NCBI GenBank assembly: GCA_031276035.1
Contig: JAISNV010000044.1
Coordinates: 76,393-140,392, forward strand
Direction of reading: 5' to 3'
From: Bacteroidales bacterium
Lineage (GTDB): Bacteria; Bacteroidota; Bacteroidia; Bacteroidales; BM520
Length of the DNA stretch: 64,000 bases
This document shows, piece by piece, positions 27,301-38,340 of the stretch; positions within the stretch are counted from its first letter, which is position 1, and every line of letters starts with the position of its first letter. The notes below the pieces were generated by a model. That model had not been told where the DNA came from. It did no database searches and worked only from the letters and a program-made list of their open reading frames with translations. The position numbers and the translations under genes are program-made.

Positions 27301-29940
27301 ATGCATGTTTTAAATAAAACAGTATGTTTTTTATTGTTGTTATTTGCCTCATTATGCTCTTTTGCAACTCATAACAGAGCCGGTGAAATTACATTTGTTC
27401 ATATAAGCGGTAATACTTACGAAATAACTATTACTACAATAACGTATTCGCCCAGCCCTGCTGATAGAAATGAATTGCTTGTAAATTGGGGCGACGGAAG
27501 TACCGATACTGTTCAGAGAGTTAACGGACCATCGGGATACAATGTTGCCGGGTATTATTGTGCTCACCTTGGTGAAACGCTTGAAGGTTATAATGATGTG
27601 CAGTTGAATAAATATACTACAACTCATACGTATGCCGGTGCCGGCAGCTATATAATTTCTGTGGAAGATCCGAATAGAAATTATGGCGTTGCAAATATTC
27701 CCAATTCAGTTGAAGTCCCGTTTTATATAGAAACTTTTTTGATGATAAATCCGTTTTTAGGCTCTAATGACTCACCGCAACTGCTATTATTGCCGGTTGA
27801 TAAAGCTTGTGTAGGAACAACTTTTATCACAAATCCGGGTGCATACGATCCTGACGGCGACAGTCTTTCTTATGAATTGATTACATGTATGGGCGCCGAC
27901 GGCAAAGAGATTCCGGGTTATATTGTGCCGGATGCTTCCGATTATTTTATTATTGATGAAAGAACAGGCGACATTATTTGGGAGAAACCGATGATGCAAG
28001 GTGAATATAATGTTGCAATGAAGATAAAAGAATGGCGACGTGGTATTCAAATCGGATATATTGTAAGAGATTTTCAGATTCTCGTTCTTGCTTGCGATAA
28101 TCAACCGCCGGTTCTTGATGTTGTTAGGGATACTTGTGTTGTTGCTGCGGAATTGCTTGAATTTGAGGTAAAAGCTACAGATTACGATTATAATTATATT
28201 AATATTGAAATTGCGGGAGAACCATTTATGATTGAAAATTCTAATGCGGAATTTGAAATTATTGATTCGACTGCCGGTAGTACTATAGGTTTATTTTCTT
28301 GGACTCCCGGTTGTTACGAGGTTCGTAAAAATCCGTATATGTTATATTATAAAGCTACCGACGAAGGCAATATTGTAAATTTAAGTACTATTGGAAGTAC
28401 AAATATCTATGTTCTTGGTCCGCCTCCGGAAAATCTTTCCGCCGAAGCAGATAGAGGTGATGTTTATCTTCATTGGGATAAATATATGTGCAGAAATGCT
28501 AAAGGATTATATATTTACAGATCGAAATTACCTGATAATCACGTTCAGGAAACTTGTAGTACCGGAATGCCTGCGGATTGGGGCTATGAAAGAATTGCAA
28601 CAATTGATAATATTGAATCAAATACTTATATTGATAGGGGAGATGAAGGCGGATTGGCCGTAGGAGTTACTTATTCTTACAGAATATCAGCGTATTTTAT
28701 TAATGAAGTAGAAGGAAAATTGTCGGAAAAGGCTGAAGTTCTTTTGAAAAAAGATGTTCCTGTTATCACACATGTTACAGTTGAAAAAACCGACAGGAAT
28801 AACGGCGAGATAAAGATTATTCTTTCCCCGCCGACGGAGATTGATTTGCTCGAATATCCGGGTCCGTATAAATATTTTCTTTATAGGTATGATGACAATA
28901 GCGAGAATTATTTGGAAATTGCTTCTGCCGATAATTTAAATGATAGTATTTTCCAGGATTCAGGATTAAATACTCTTGAAAAATCCTATAAATATTATTT
29001 CGGATTGTATCAAAATAACGGAAGTAATCTGCTTTATATGGGTAGATCTGCCGAAGCCGGTTCAATATTTCTTACAAGCCAGTCCGGAGATGGACGTATT
29101 ATCTTAAATTGGACTTGTTCTGTGCCTTGGATTAATTCTTCATTTACTGTTTTCAGACAGGATGATTACGGAAATTTCGATAGTATTGCTTCAACAGAAA
29201 ATATGTTTTACGAAGATATCAATCTTGAAAATGAAAAAGAATACTGTTATTATATCCAATCTGTCGGATATTATTCGTCGGAGGGATATATCTTTCCGAT
29301 TTTAAATAATTCTCAAATTGATTGTGAAATTCCTATGGACAATGAGCCGCCTTGTGTGCCGCAATTGTACGTAAAAGCACTTTGTGATGATATGATAAAC
29401 AGATTATCCTGGGAAAATCCCGAAACAATCTGCGGAAATAACGATGTAGCTATTTATTATATTTATTATCAACCTGAAAAAGACAAAGATTTTATTCTCT
29501 TGGATTCTATTTCGTACAACGCCTCCGATACTTCATACTTACATTATAATTTCGGGAAATTATCAGGTTGTTATTATGTACGTGTTGCCGATTATTCCGG
29601 AAATGTCAGCGATGCTTCCGAAATTGTTTGTATTCTCGGTAACGAATGTCCTAACTATGAATTGCCTAATGTGTTCACTCCCAACGGTGACGGCTTTAAT
29701 GACAAGTTTGTCCCGATTCGTTACTCGAATATAGAGAGTGTGAATGCTACTATTTACAACAGACAAGGAAAGATTGTTTTTGAAAGTAATGAAATTGAAA
29801 TCAACTGGGACGGAAAAGATAAGCATACAAAATTGGATGTTTCCGTCGGTGTATATTTTTACGTTTGTGTGGTAAGAAGTTATTCTTACGAAGGTATTGT
29901 AGAAACAATATTATCAGGATATATTCATTTGTTTAGATAA
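27301..29940 (+). CDS. Large secreted protein with a T9SS type B (gliding-motility-associated) C-terminal domain
   Basis: Signal peptide after the ATG at 27301. The C-terminal PNVFTPNGDGFNDKF is the hallmark motif. PKD-like WGDGSTD...THTY near the N-terminus. Confidence 0.8.
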   Translation: MHVLNKTVCFLLLLFASLCSFATHNRAGEITFVHISGNTYEITITTITYSPSPADRNELLVNWGDGSTDTVQRVNGPSGYNVAGYYCAHLGETLEGYNDVQLNKYTTTHTYAGAGSYIISVEDPNRNYGVANIPNSVEVPFYIETFLMINPFLGSNDSPQLLLLPVDKACVGTTFITNPGAYDPDGDSLSYELITCMGADGKEIPGYIVPDASDYFIIDERTGDIIWEKPMMQGEYNVAMKIKEWRRGIQIGYIVRDFQILVLACDNQPPVLDVVRDTCVVAAELLEFEVKATDYDYNYINIEIAGEPFMIENSNAEFEIIDSTAGSTIGLFSWTPGCYEVRKNPYMLYYKATDEGNIVNLSTIGSTNIYVLGPPPENLSAEADRGDVYLHWDKYMCRNAKGLYIYRSKLPDNHVQETCSTGMPADWGYERIATIDNIESNTYIDRGDEGGLAVGVTYSYRISAYFINEVEGKLSEKAEVLLKKDVPVITHVTVEKTDRNNGEIKIILSPPTEIDLLEYPGPYKYFLYRYDDNSENYLEIASADNLNDSIFQDSGLNTLEKSYKYYFGLYQNNGSNLLYMGRSAEAGSIFLTSQSGDGRIILNWTCSVPWINSSFTVFRQDDYGNFDSIASTENMFYEDINLENEKEYCYYIQSVGYYSSEGYIFPILNNSQIDCEIPMDNEPPCVPQLYVKALCDDMINRLSWENPETICGNNDVAIYYIYYQPEKDKDFILLDSISYNASDTSYLHYNFGKLSGCYYVRVADYSGNVSDASEIVCILGNECPNYELPNVFTPNGDGFNDKFVPIRYSNIESVNATIYNRQGKIVFESNEIEINWDGKDKHTKLDVSVGVYFYVCVVRSYSYEGIVETILSGYIHLFR

Positions 29941-30058
29941 AACTATTAATTTCGAATTATACCTGTGGTTTGAAGTACCGAACTTCTTAATAATATGAAA
30001 TTTCCATTACTCTGCTAAAATTCTCAGTTCTCCATCTTCCATTCTCAATTGATTTCGC

Positions 30059-30066
30059 TATTTTTG
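30059..30066 (+). promoter_or_regulatory. -7 promoter box TATTTTTG, 4 nt upstream of the ATG (leaderless candidate)
   Basis: TATTTTTG-cggc-ATG. Confidence 0.5.
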
Positions 30067-30070
30067 CGGC

Positions 30071-31111
30071 ATGAAAAACATAACGATTGAAAATAACAAT
30101 CATTTACCGTGGCTTTCGATTTTGAGAGGATGGGCAGTGTTGTTAGTTGTAATATTTCATGCTCCGCTGAATGATCAACCCGGATTTATCGGAATTTTTT
30201 TCGACGGATTTAATACTCTAATGCATTTTAGAATGCCGTTGTTTTTTTTCATTTCCGGTTTTTTACTCTATCATACTAAACTGAAATACAATAGTCCCTA
30301 TAGCAATATTTGGAAGAAAAGAATTACAAGGGTTGCTTATCCGTATATCTTTCTTTGTACGGTAATTTATTTATTGAAATTGATATTTGCTTCGTATGTA
30401 AAACGACCGGTGGATCTTTCGTTGTTTTCTTATTTTGAAATGTTTTTATATCCGAGGCATAATCTTCCCTGGGGGCCGTTTTGGTTTTTAAATACTATAC
30501 TCATATTTTTTATTTTATATCCGCTTATTAAGGTCAGCTTAAAGAAATGGTATGGAATAGTTATGGCAGTTATAATTTCTTTAACTCTCAGGTTTTTTGT
30601 TCCTGATGTAGATATGCTTTTCGATTTTTGGACGGTTGCTTATTATTTTATTTTCTTTTACTGCGGAATTTTATTTTCCAAGTTTAATGTGATAGAATAT
30701 TTTCGGAAAAATAAAGTATGGGTATTTATTTTAAGCCTTGTTGTATTTTTAGCGGCAAATGTTTTTATTGAGTATTTCAAAAATCTGGGTTACGGATATG
30801 ATATGCTTAACCCTTTTAAATTGATACATTCCTTAAGCGGAATAAGCCTGTCTGTTTATCTTTCTCTATTTTGTGCAAAATTTTTACCGAATATTTTTTC
30901 AAGCTTCAGAAAATATTACTATCAAGTTTATCTTTTCGGAACATTATGTCAACTTGTTGTGCTTGAAATATACTCCAGAACAAGCTCTCCTGTTTTAATG
31001 TTGTTGTTATCAATATTAAGCGTATTTGTAGGAATTTACGTACCGGTGTTGATAAGCAAAATAATTCGGAAAATAAATTGGAAACCGCTGTTGAAAGCAA
31101 CCGGATTTTGA
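30071..31111 (+). CDS. Acyltransferase family 3 membrane protein
   Basis: 346 aa with about 10 TM segments. N-terminal WLSILRGWAVLLVVIFHA is typical of acyltransferase_3. Confidence 0.75.
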   Translation: MKNITIENNNHLPWLSILRGWAVLLVVIFHAPLNDQPGFIGIFFDGFNTLMHFRMPLFFFISGFLLYHTKLKYNSPYSNIWKKRITRVAYPYIFLCTVIYLLKLIFASYVKRPVDLSLFSYFEMFLYPRHNLPWGPFWFLNTILIFFILYPLIKVSLKKWYGIVMAVIISLTLRFFVPDVDMLFDFWTVAYYFIFFYCGILFSKFNVIEYFRKNKVWVFILSLVVFLAANVFIEYFKNLGYGYDMLNPFKLIHSLSGISLSVYLSLFCAKFLPNIFSSFRKYYYQVYLFGTLCQLVVLEIYSRTSSPVLMLLLSILSVFVGIYVPVLISKIIRKINWKPLLKATGF

Positions 31112-31176
31112 ATTCCGAGTTTGAGTTTAATATTGCCGGTTTGAAGTATTCATTCGGAACGAAATAGAAATCTCAT

Positions 31177-33411
31177 TTACATTATCGGAAACGACAAAGT
31201 TAATTTATACGCAAAATTCTCACCAACCTTGGGCATGGAATACGGCCCGAATCGATAGAAAACTCCAAAACCTATATTGTAAAAATTAATGTCTAATATG
31301 CTGTTTATAATAATACCGGCTTCATAGTAACCTTTTTCCATAGTTTTTATTTCTATTTCCGAGTGACTTCCTATTTTATTTTTATCCAAAGTTCCTAATC
31401 CGTAATTAAAGCATATTGAAGGCTTCGGATTAAAAGATTTTATTCCCGTTTCAAAGAACTTCACAAAATCAAATCTTAAAAATACTGCAAGATATTTGTC
31501 TGAAACAAATTCGTTCAATCTCATGGTTGTAAAGGAAGCGGGGGAGAATAACGTAAATTTGTAATATGCACCTAAACTATTGAATAATTCCGTATATGGT
31601 AAATCGGCGTCAACAAAACCGCTTTCAATATAAAAACAAAATCTGTAATTATCTTTAATATGAACTTTACCGTCGATGCTTAGTCGGATTTTATTGAAAT
31701 TATATTTGCCGTTTAAGAAGCCGCTTAACCCGCGTTCATAATCAAGTTCAACAATAGGAAATTTTGTGCCGAGCGAAGTTAAGCCGTATTTACTTGTAAT
31801 AAACTTTTCTTTGAACGCAAATCGAACTCCAAGATGTGCGATTGTGAAATCGTAATAAGAATCGGTTTCATTTCCTTTAAATGAATAATCATAACAAGGA
31901 GTCTTCCTGTCCATTCTCAATCCCAACGCAAAGCGGAAATGTTTGAAAGCCATCAGAGACGTTTCGGCTTTAATACTTCTAACCATATCCATTCTGTCTA
32001 TCAAATAATTCCTGAAGTAATCGGGATTAAGTAATGATATATTATTGTTTACATGTTTTCCGCCGGCTTCATTTAAATCGTTAGTGTAGGAAAGGTCTAA
32101 TAACCAGTCGCTTTCTCTGTGTAATCTGATTTGGGTATATGCGCCCCACTTTGACGCTTTGTCTCTAAATCCGTAACGATAATATCCTCCCACTTTAAAA
32201 ACTTTAGATAAACGATGATTGGTTTCGGCGCCTAAACCTAATGAAAAACCTTCATACTGATTATAATTAATAATATGATTTAACAGTAAATCAAACTTCC
32301 ATAATGAATATTTTCCGTAAATCAATGATGTCATAAAATCTATCTTGCGTGTGAGATTGATTTCTTTATCAAGACTATCCAAAACCGTGTAAGTTGTATT
32401 TGCCTTGTTGTCGAGTTCAACATAACGGTTTTCTTCCCAATACTTTTCATTTTTATAATAAGCATTCGGGTCAACCGAATATTGGATATTATTGAAATCA
32501 CGTTTACGAATATCCGAATCAAACTCAACATTATACATATATCGCTCGTTTCGAATATATGGATAGATTGAAGTCTCGTTTGAAGAAAAACTAAGACCGG
32601 AAAGTATTAAATCGATTTTCGTATAAGTAGGGAACCATAAAGTATCATGCAAAAATTCAAATTTCTGAAAAAAATCAATATTAAAGAATTTTTTTTCATC
32701 ATCATTGCGTTCATATATCTTAGCTTGAATTTCTTCAAGGGCCCAATGACTTGAGTTAATGTGCAATGTTCCGCTTAATCCTGAGAAAACACTTGAAAGT
32801 ACCGGACGAAAAGAAATTATAAAAATCGTATCAACGGGATTTTTATAAATTGTATCTTCAATATTGAAATAATATTTTGACTTCCAAGTAAGAATAGATT
32901 CTTTATTTAAAGGCGAAAGATACTTGGCATCGAAAACATTTATATAGTCGCTGTAAAAAGAGTTTATATTCATCTGTGCTATAATAAAATCGATGACAGG
33001 GTCTTTAATGCCGGAAATTTGTGAGGCTGTAACGGTTTCTTTTTTTAAATCCGGTGACATGAATTTACCTTGTGAAATGCTTTCCATAAAGAATAGATAC
33101 ATTTCATCAAACATCTTAACTAAATTTGCATCATCTTCAATTAAATTTTCTATAGAATCAGTTTCTATAGGAATATATAATTTATCATAAGCAACATAAG
33201 AATAAGATTTATATTTTTCGTAATTGTTTTGATTTTTCTTTGCAAGCGTTTTTTCCATTATATAATATGCAGGATTCCTTTCGGCTACTACTTCAATGCC
33301 GGAAATATCAACTTCTTTATCAATTCTTAGTGAGTCGGGAATTTCTTGTGCGGATAAAGTGGAGATAAAGATAAAAAGAAAGGAAGTAAAAATATTTAAG
33401 GATTTCTTCAT
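31177..33411 (-). CDS. DUF5686-like outer-membrane protein
   Basis: Signal peptide MKKSLNIF...LSAQE. AERNPAYYIMEKTLAKKNQN resembles the DUF5686 N-region, followed by a beta-barrel-like C-terminus. Start moved because the track start at 33432 lies inside a TATTTTTG box (33430-33437). Confidence 0.55.
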   Translation of the reverse strand: MKKSLNIFTSFLFIFISTLSAQEIPDSLRIDKEVDISGIEVVAERNPAYYIMEKTLAKKNQNNYEKYKSYSYVAYDKLYIPIETDSIENLIEDDANLVKMFDEMYLFFMESISQGKFMSPDLKKETVTASQISGIKDPVIDFIIAQMNINSFYSDYINVFDAKYLSPLNKESILTWKSKYYFNIEDTIYKNPVDTIFIISFRPVLSSVFSGLSGTLHINSSHWALEEIQAKIYERNDDEKKFFNIDFFQKFEFLHDTLWFPTYTKIDLILSGLSFSSNETSIYPYIRNERYMYNVEFDSDIRKRDFNNIQYSVDPNAYYKNEKYWEENRYVELDNKANTTYTVLDSLDKEINLTRKIDFMTSLIYGKYSLWKFDLLLNHIINYNQYEGFSLGLGAETNHRLSKVFKVGGYYRYGFRDKASKWGAYTQIRLHRESDWLLDLSYTNDLNEAGGKHVNNNISLLNPDYFRNYLIDRMDMVRSIKAETSLMAFKHFRFALGLRMDRKTPCYDYSFKGNETDSYYDFTIAHLGVRFAFKEKFITSKYGLTSLGTKFPIVELDYERGLSGFLNGKYNFNKIRLSIDGKVHIKDNYRFCFYIESGFVDADLPYTELFNSLGAYYKFTLFSPASFTTMRLNEFVSDKYLAVFLRFDFVKFFETGIKSFNPKPSICFNYGLGTLDKNKIGSHSEIEIKTMEKGYYEAGIIINSILDINFYNIGFGVFYRFGPYSMPKVGENFAYKLTLSFPIM

Positions 33412-33599
33412 GTAAGAGTAAATTTTCCGCAAAAATAAAACTAATTCCTTAGTTTTGCAATTGTTTTTTCGCCCTTGATTTATAGATATATAAAGCCTTA
33501 AAAGTATTATCCAGATAATATTTTAAAATATCTTTAGTGATAATTAACTATAATATAATTAAGTAAATACTTAAAATACTCAATTATTATTGTGAATAT

Positions 33600-35174
33600 T
33601 TATTCTACAACTAATTTTCCTGTTTGCAGATTGCCGCTTTCAAATATTGCCTGAACATTATAAATTCCTTTCGGCAAAATTCCGACATCGAAAGTAACTT
33701 GGTTGCTTACAGGATATTGTTTGTTTACTAATTTTCCTGTGATGCTGAAAATATTTAGCTGAATTATTTCTTCCTGTGCCGAAATATTTACAATACCTGA
33801 AGCCGGATTAGGAGCAATTATTAAAGGTTGAATTGTTTTTTGCGGATATTCCTGAATAGATTCAAAGTAAGCAAATTCGGTATATTTTTCGCCGTAGTAA
33901 AATGCAGTATCAATTGTGCCGTCATTTAATAAATTGATCAAATATTGCATACATCCGGTCTTCCCGTATGTTTCATCGAAAGAGTATTTATCAAGAATAG
34001 TGCTAAATGTTATTAATCTCTGATTTCCGTTTTCATCCGGTTCAGAATAAGATTCGTTTATCCATTCAATAAAATCGCCATGTTTATTGTAGCAATTTTT
34101 AAATACATCGGCAGGATATAATTGTTCGTCTATTAGAAAATATTGGCCGTCACTATTGGATAAGGTACCGTCTATATCCCATAATTTTTTATAAAATGAT
34201 TTACCTCCTGTACTTGTACGTTCCCTATAGTAAGAATTAACTTTTGAACGTTTGTATGGACTGAGTAATTCTTTTCCGATAGCTCTTTCATCTCCGAACA
34301 TGAATCCGTTCCATTCTATCCAAGTAACATCATAACTTACACCTACTTCTGTCCAAATATTTCCTTGCTTCATATAATGCCTTACATGCGTATAGCGACC
34401 TTGTTCATCATTTGTAAAACCTACTTTATAAGTACAATTACTGGTGATGCCGTTATTTATAATTCTATATAATGAGTCAACAAATCCTTTATTGTTATAA
34501 CTTATTGAATCATACCAATAGTCGTATAACTTCCATGTATTATTATCGCCGTACGTATATATTGATGTCCGATTATTAAATTGTACTAAAGTGTCATGGT
34601 AACCGAATTTAATTTTATAATAATTAATCCATTGTTTATCTGTGTTATCCCAATACTGTGTTATTTCTTCAAAAAATAAAGAATCACCTTCGAAATGATC
34701 AAAATAATGATATGAATATGTAGTACGTTTATCTGAAACATAAGTCCCATCTGGTTTTTTATAATAATTGTAAACAGTATCATATAAATCCTTTCCTTTA
34801 GAATATTGCGTACGGTTCATAACAATAACAGTTGAATCATAAAAGTCCGGATGATCATAAACCGAAATTTTTTTATCCAATAAACCATCTCCGGATACTT
34901 CATAATATGAGTATCCCGCAATTTCGGTTTCGGAGACAAAATATATTTCACCCTTTTTAGGATACCATCCGTTATTTGTTTTTAAATTAGATTTATTTAA
35001 CTGTAAATTAAGAGCGGCGCCCGGTGATTTGCTCAAATCTATTTTTACTCTTTCTTCCGGAAGGGAATAATTAATTTTATTGCGCACGGAAGCATTTTCA
35101 AACAATACTTGTGCATTTAAAAAGATACTTGAGAATACAAGGATGATTATAAAATAGTTTCTTTTTGAAATCAT
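33600..35174 (-). CDS. Secreted protein with a T9SS type A C-terminal sorting domain
   Basis: 524 aa with a signal peptide. The C-terminus APNPASGIVNISA...LNIFSITGKLV...LPKGIYNVQAIF...GKLVVE is a Por-secretion tail. Confidence 0.75.
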   Translation of the reverse strand: MISKRNYFIIILVFSSIFLNAQVLFENASVRNKINYSLPEERVKIDLSKSPGAALNLQLNKSNLKTNNGWYPKKGEIYFVSETEIAGYSYYEVSGDGLLDKKISVYDHPDFYDSTVIVMNRTQYSKGKDLYDTVYNYYKKPDGTYVSDKRTTYSYHYFDHFEGDSLFFEEITQYWDNTDKQWINYYKIKFGYHDTLVQFNNRTSIYTYGDNNTWKLYDYWYDSISYNNKGFVDSLYRIINNGITSNCTYKVGFTNDEQGRYTHVRHYMKQGNIWTEVGVSYDVTWIEWNGFMFGDERAIGKELLSPYKRSKVNSYYRERTSTGGKSFYKKLWDIDGTLSNSDGQYFLIDEQLYPADVFKNCYNKHGDFIEWINESYSEPDENGNQRLITFSTILDKYSFDETYGKTGCMQYLINLLNDGTIDTAFYYGEKYTEFAYFESIQEYPQKTIQPLIIAPNPASGIVNISAQEEIIQLNIFSITGKLVNKQYPVSNQVTFDVGILPKGIYNVQAIFESGNLQTGKLVVE

Positions 35175-35219
35175 GATAATTGATATTTAAATAATTATAA
35201 AAAAATATTAATAAAGTTA

Positions 35220-35260
35220 AAATGTGTACAAAAGGCTGAAAGTGCTTTTTGTACACATTT
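35220..35260 (-). terminator. Rho-independent terminator after the 139-aa gene
   Basis: AAATGTGTACAAAAAG-loop-CTTTTGTACACATTT: a stem of about 14 bp with one bulge, followed by T-rich sequence on the minus strand. Confidence 0.75.
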
Positions 35261-35266
35261 ATCGGG

Positions 35267-35686
35267 TTAATAATTTGTTCCGCCGGAATTTCTGTACCAC
35301 CATGTTGTAGTTGGAAAATCACTTTTACAACGAACTATTTCCGCAAAACCCGGAAAAGTATTACTTGTTCCGCAAATACCCTCATTGAAAATTAATTCAA
35401 CATGAGTATGTGTTATTTGGGTTATTTGTTCGGGAGGGCCTGCAAATTGAATAGGGATGGAAGTAGATATCCCATCAACACTCCACATCCCAACAGAACT
35501 GTAAAAAGATTCTTCTGTTCCGATATACCATGTGGTTTTTATATGAACAAACACTTTGTATGTAGATGAATAATCCGAAATATTCGGAAACTCATCAAAT
35601 TTAACAGTTGTTACCTGTGCAAACGCACCCATTGATAGAAACATTAATCCTGTCAATATTATTAATTTGGTAAATATTCTTTTCAT
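35267..35686 (-). CDS. Small secreted protein, unknown function
   Basis: 139 aa with a signal peptide (..GAFAQV) and two Cys (ICGTS...VRCK). Preceded by a leader of about 365 nt and by 202-bp element copy A. Confidence 0.5.
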   Translation of the reverse strand: MKRIFTKLIILTGLMFLSMGAFAQVTTVKFDEFPNISDYSSTYKVFVHIKTTWYIGTEESFYSSVGMWSVDGISTSIPIQFAGPPEQITQITHTHVELIFNEGICGTSNTFPGFAEIVRCKSDFPTTTWWYRNSGGTNY

Positions 35687-36056
35687 TGTTTTACTTTTTT
35701 GAAGTTACTATTTTACGTATTATTTAAATGAATTTGTTTATCACAAAGGGTTTAAAATCACAATAGCAGGTGATTGCCAATACAATAAATCGGCTTCCGC
35801 TAATATGATCCTACTTTGCCCAAATTAGTTTTGCATAAAAACCAAATATTATTTAAAATACATAGATATACTGCCAAAAATATTGTTAAGTATATATAAG
35901 TGTTTGGTTTGCCGTAAATAAGCAAAGACATGGCAGTATTTGTTAAACAATATGCCGGATAAATAAATAATAACATTTTTATTTTGTTATCAATGTGAGA
36001 GACGTTCGAACTCATTCCGAAATAAGATTGTGTTTAACATTAAATGTAAATATCTT

Positions 36057-36258
36057 CGCAAAGATACAAAAAAAACAATAATAGACAATTTTATAAGAAA
36101 AAAAAGAAATAAATATGATATTTTTTAATTTTATCTGTTTTAATCATATATTATAATCGAAAAAATAATAACTTTATATTTTAAGCTTTGTTTGAATTTG
36201 TCTATTTTATGTCTTTCTCTTTTCATTAATATATTTCTTTAACACGTTTTTATAAATT
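36057..36258. repeat. 202-bp non-coding element, copy A
   Basis: 197/202 identical to 39398-39599 in direct orientation. The right boundary is sharp, after TATAAATT. Confidence 0.9.
36059..36066 (-). promoter_or_regulatory. -7 box TATCTTTG at the left edge of copy A
   Basis: Plus strand reads CAAAGATA. It would drive minus-strand transcription toward the 139-aa gene. Confidence 0.45.
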
Positions 36259-36407
36259 GTAACTTCGATGGGAAATAATATTTTGATTTCCATGTTGGAA
36301 TAGATACATTTTATTGTGTATGTTAACAACTGTTGCAGACATTAAGGAATAGTCATTTCATAATATTCGAATACAAATACTATTCTACAAAATATGTAGC
36401 TCCGATA

Positions 36408-38282
36408 TTATTTAAAATCAAAAGTATAAATTACCGCATTCAGGTTATCCTGATATAAGCCATATACTACATGCTCATTTTGTTCATTATAGCCAAATTG
36501 CATGTTTGCTATTTTTAAGCCTCTGTAATATTTGGGAAAGCTTTGAATACGACACGGATGGTTATCTTTTATTTCAATCAAATAATTATTTTCAATGTCT
36601 GATATGATTGTATAAAATGAATCGTTTATTACTACGAAATCTTTAAGCCATTTATCAAAATAAATTTTATATGATTCTATATATGCAATATCTTCACTAA
36701 AGTGCATTTGTTTTATTACTGTATCAAGCATGAATATATCGCAAACTAAGTCGGTTGAAACATAATCATGAGATAATTGTAGTATCTTACCCGTATGTTT
36801 ATCACCAACATAATATATTTCATCAAATTTCTTTACTATAGGTGTGGAATAATAATAACCTAATTTATGTTTTTCATAAATTGGGTCTAAAGGGGCGGCC
36901 AAAACATATGAGTTTGTGTAATGATTGTATAACATAATTGTTTGTAATTGTGGAGTATAGAATTCATTTAGAAATGGATTGTCCGAAATGTTATCAATTT
37001 GTGGCAAAGCTTCAGACCCGATAACAGGCCATCCTTTTTGAATCTGAAATACAAATAAACTATCCTCCTCAAAGTAGAGACCTGTCGGATGTGAAAATGA
37101 GTATCCTAATTTCAATAACTTATCGGATTCCAACTCAGCTATTGAATCTAATAAAAAAAAGCGAATGGTTTCGGCGTTTTTGTTTTTTATCAAACATATA
37201 GGCATATTATAATATGTAATATTAGATAGTCCGCTCCATTCTAATCTTGGAAGTGAGGCAAAAATATATTGATTTGATTTTGTAAATGATGCCTCTAAAT
37301 ACATTGAAACTAATACATTTGCATCTCTTAAGTAATAATATACATAGGACGTGTCAAGACCGCTTTCAATAAACATTGTTTTTTCTTCGATATTAGGCGA
37401 CAATGGGGTGGGATTTGCCCAGTTATTTTGCTCTTTTGAATACAATATAAAAGAATTTGATAAAAAATCACTTATTAATAATTCGTTCCCTGTATGATTG
37501 ATTTGAAATGAATTAAGTTCGGGTAATGCATGGACATCAGGTATTATACAAGAATCGTATGGAAGTAAGGGTTGCTTGTTGATTGTAATTGAGAGACTTT
37601 CGATCCAGCGTTCGGTATTTGTGAGATTATTGGAAGTTTTCGCTGTTAATGATAAATCAAGGTTTTCATTAATACTATGAAGTGGTTCAAACATGATTTC
37701 ATTAATCATTTGCTCAATTAGCAAACTATCCAAAGTCATTCCAAGTGTTGGTTTTGCAGTTATTAACCTTCCATTTGGAATGGATATTTTAGTAACAAAT
37801 GGTACTAATAGTTTGTCATTATTATTTGATGTGAATATATTGTAAATATTATCGGAAGTATCTATGAACAAAAAATCGCCGGGAAAGTTTTGTCTGTTAA
37901 TGTATTTCTGAAGTGCATGAGGCTTTTTGTAAAGTAACACATTGATAATAACAGCGCTATCTTGCGTCGCTATTTTGAGCATGTTATTGTACGTAATAAG
38001 TAAACCTTCACATCTCGGACAACGCATTGGCGGGATAAAGTTTATGTATATATCGGATAATGTATCAATATTATCTTTTTTGTTTTTTATAATAGTACTA
38101 ATGTAATTTTGTAATTGTTCTTCAGTTCCTACCTTTTGATGCAGATAATACAACAGTTGTGTGTCTTGATTATTTTTTTCATAATTGTCTGCAGGTTGAG
38201 CAGATGAATATGTTTTTACAAGAAGAGCCATAATCAAAATAAAAAGGCTGTTTAATTTGTGTGCGTTCATTTTGTGCTTCAT
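36408..38282 (-). CDS. Secreted or lipoprotein-like 624-aa protein with an N-terminal CxxC (thioredoxin-fold-like) region and a large repeat-like C-terminal domain
   Basis: Signal peptide (..TYSSAQ) and PPMRCPRCEGLL, a CxxC motif. The C-terminal part is Tyr/Asp-rich and may be a beta-propeller. The fold assignment is a guess. Confidence 0.5.
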   Translation of the reverse strand: MKHKMNAHKLNSLFILIMALLVKTYSSAQPADNYEKNNQDTQLLYYLHQKVGTEEQLQNYISTIIKNKKDNIDTLSDIYINFIPPMRCPRCEGLLITYNNMLKIATQDSAVIINVLLYKKPHALQKYINRQNFPGDFLFIDTSDNIYNIFTSNNNDKLLVPFVTKISIPNGRLITAKPTLGMTLDSLLIEQMINEIMFEPLHSINENLDLSLTAKTSNNLTNTERWIESLSITINKQPLLPYDSCIIPDVHALPELNSFQINHTGNELLISDFLSNSFILYSKEQNNWANPTPLSPNIEEKTMFIESGLDTSYVYYYLRDANVLVSMYLEASFTKSNQYIFASLPRLEWSGLSNITYYNMPICLIKNKNAETIRFFLLDSIAELESDKLLKLGYSFSHPTGLYFEEDSLFVFQIQKGWPVIGSEALPQIDNISDNPFLNEFYTPQLQTIMLYNHYTNSYVLAAPLDPIYEKHKLGYYYSTPIVKKFDEIYYVGDKHTGKILQLSHDYVSTDLVCDIFMLDTVIKQMHFSEDIAYIESYKIYFDKWLKDFVVINDSFYTIISDIENNYLIEIKDNHPCRIQSFPKYYRGLKIANMQFGYNEQNEHVVYGLYQDNLNAVIYTFDFK

Positions 38283-38293
38283 TTGATATTTTA

Positions 38294-38333
38294 TAAAAAA
38301 AGACCAACTGAATTAAAATCATTCAGTTGGTCT
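38294..38333 (-). terminator. Strong rho-independent terminator between the 123-aa gene and the 624-aa gene
   Basis: Minus strand reads AGACCAACUGAAU-GAUUUUA-AUUCAGUUGGUCU, a 13-bp perfect stem followed by a U-run of about 9. The U-run ends 11 nt before the ATG at 38282. Confidence 0.85.
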
Positions 38334-38340
38334 AAAACCG

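Noticed and set aside
35821-35846. The conserved box contains TGG...TGCA, considered as a sigma-54 (-24/-12) promoter.
   Set aside because: The GG-to-GC spacing is about 3 nt too short for the TGGCAC-N5-TTGCA geometry.
35800-36015. A 71-aa ORF in leader A that shares the peptide WFLCKTNL with the 98-aa ORF in leader B.
   Set aside because: The shared peptide comes only from the conserved 26-nt box, and the rest is unrelated. The ORF is hydrophobic and AT-driven and has no start context. It is better read as a nucleotide-level element.
36080-36206. A 9-bp inverted repeat (AATAGACAA / TTGTCTATT) about 110 bp apart inside the 202-bp element, considered as a possible invertible promoter.
   Set aside because: No TAnnTTTG box lies between the arms on either strand. 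Both copies are in the same orientation, and a 9-bp inverted repeat is plausible by chance in AT-rich DNA.
36140-36226. A short minus-strand ORF inside the 202-bp element (MKRERHKIDKFKQSLKYKVIIFSIIIYD in copy A).
   Set aside because: Copy B has a nonsense change (TAT TAA) that truncates it to 17 aa. No promoter box lies upstream, so coding is not conserved between the two copies.
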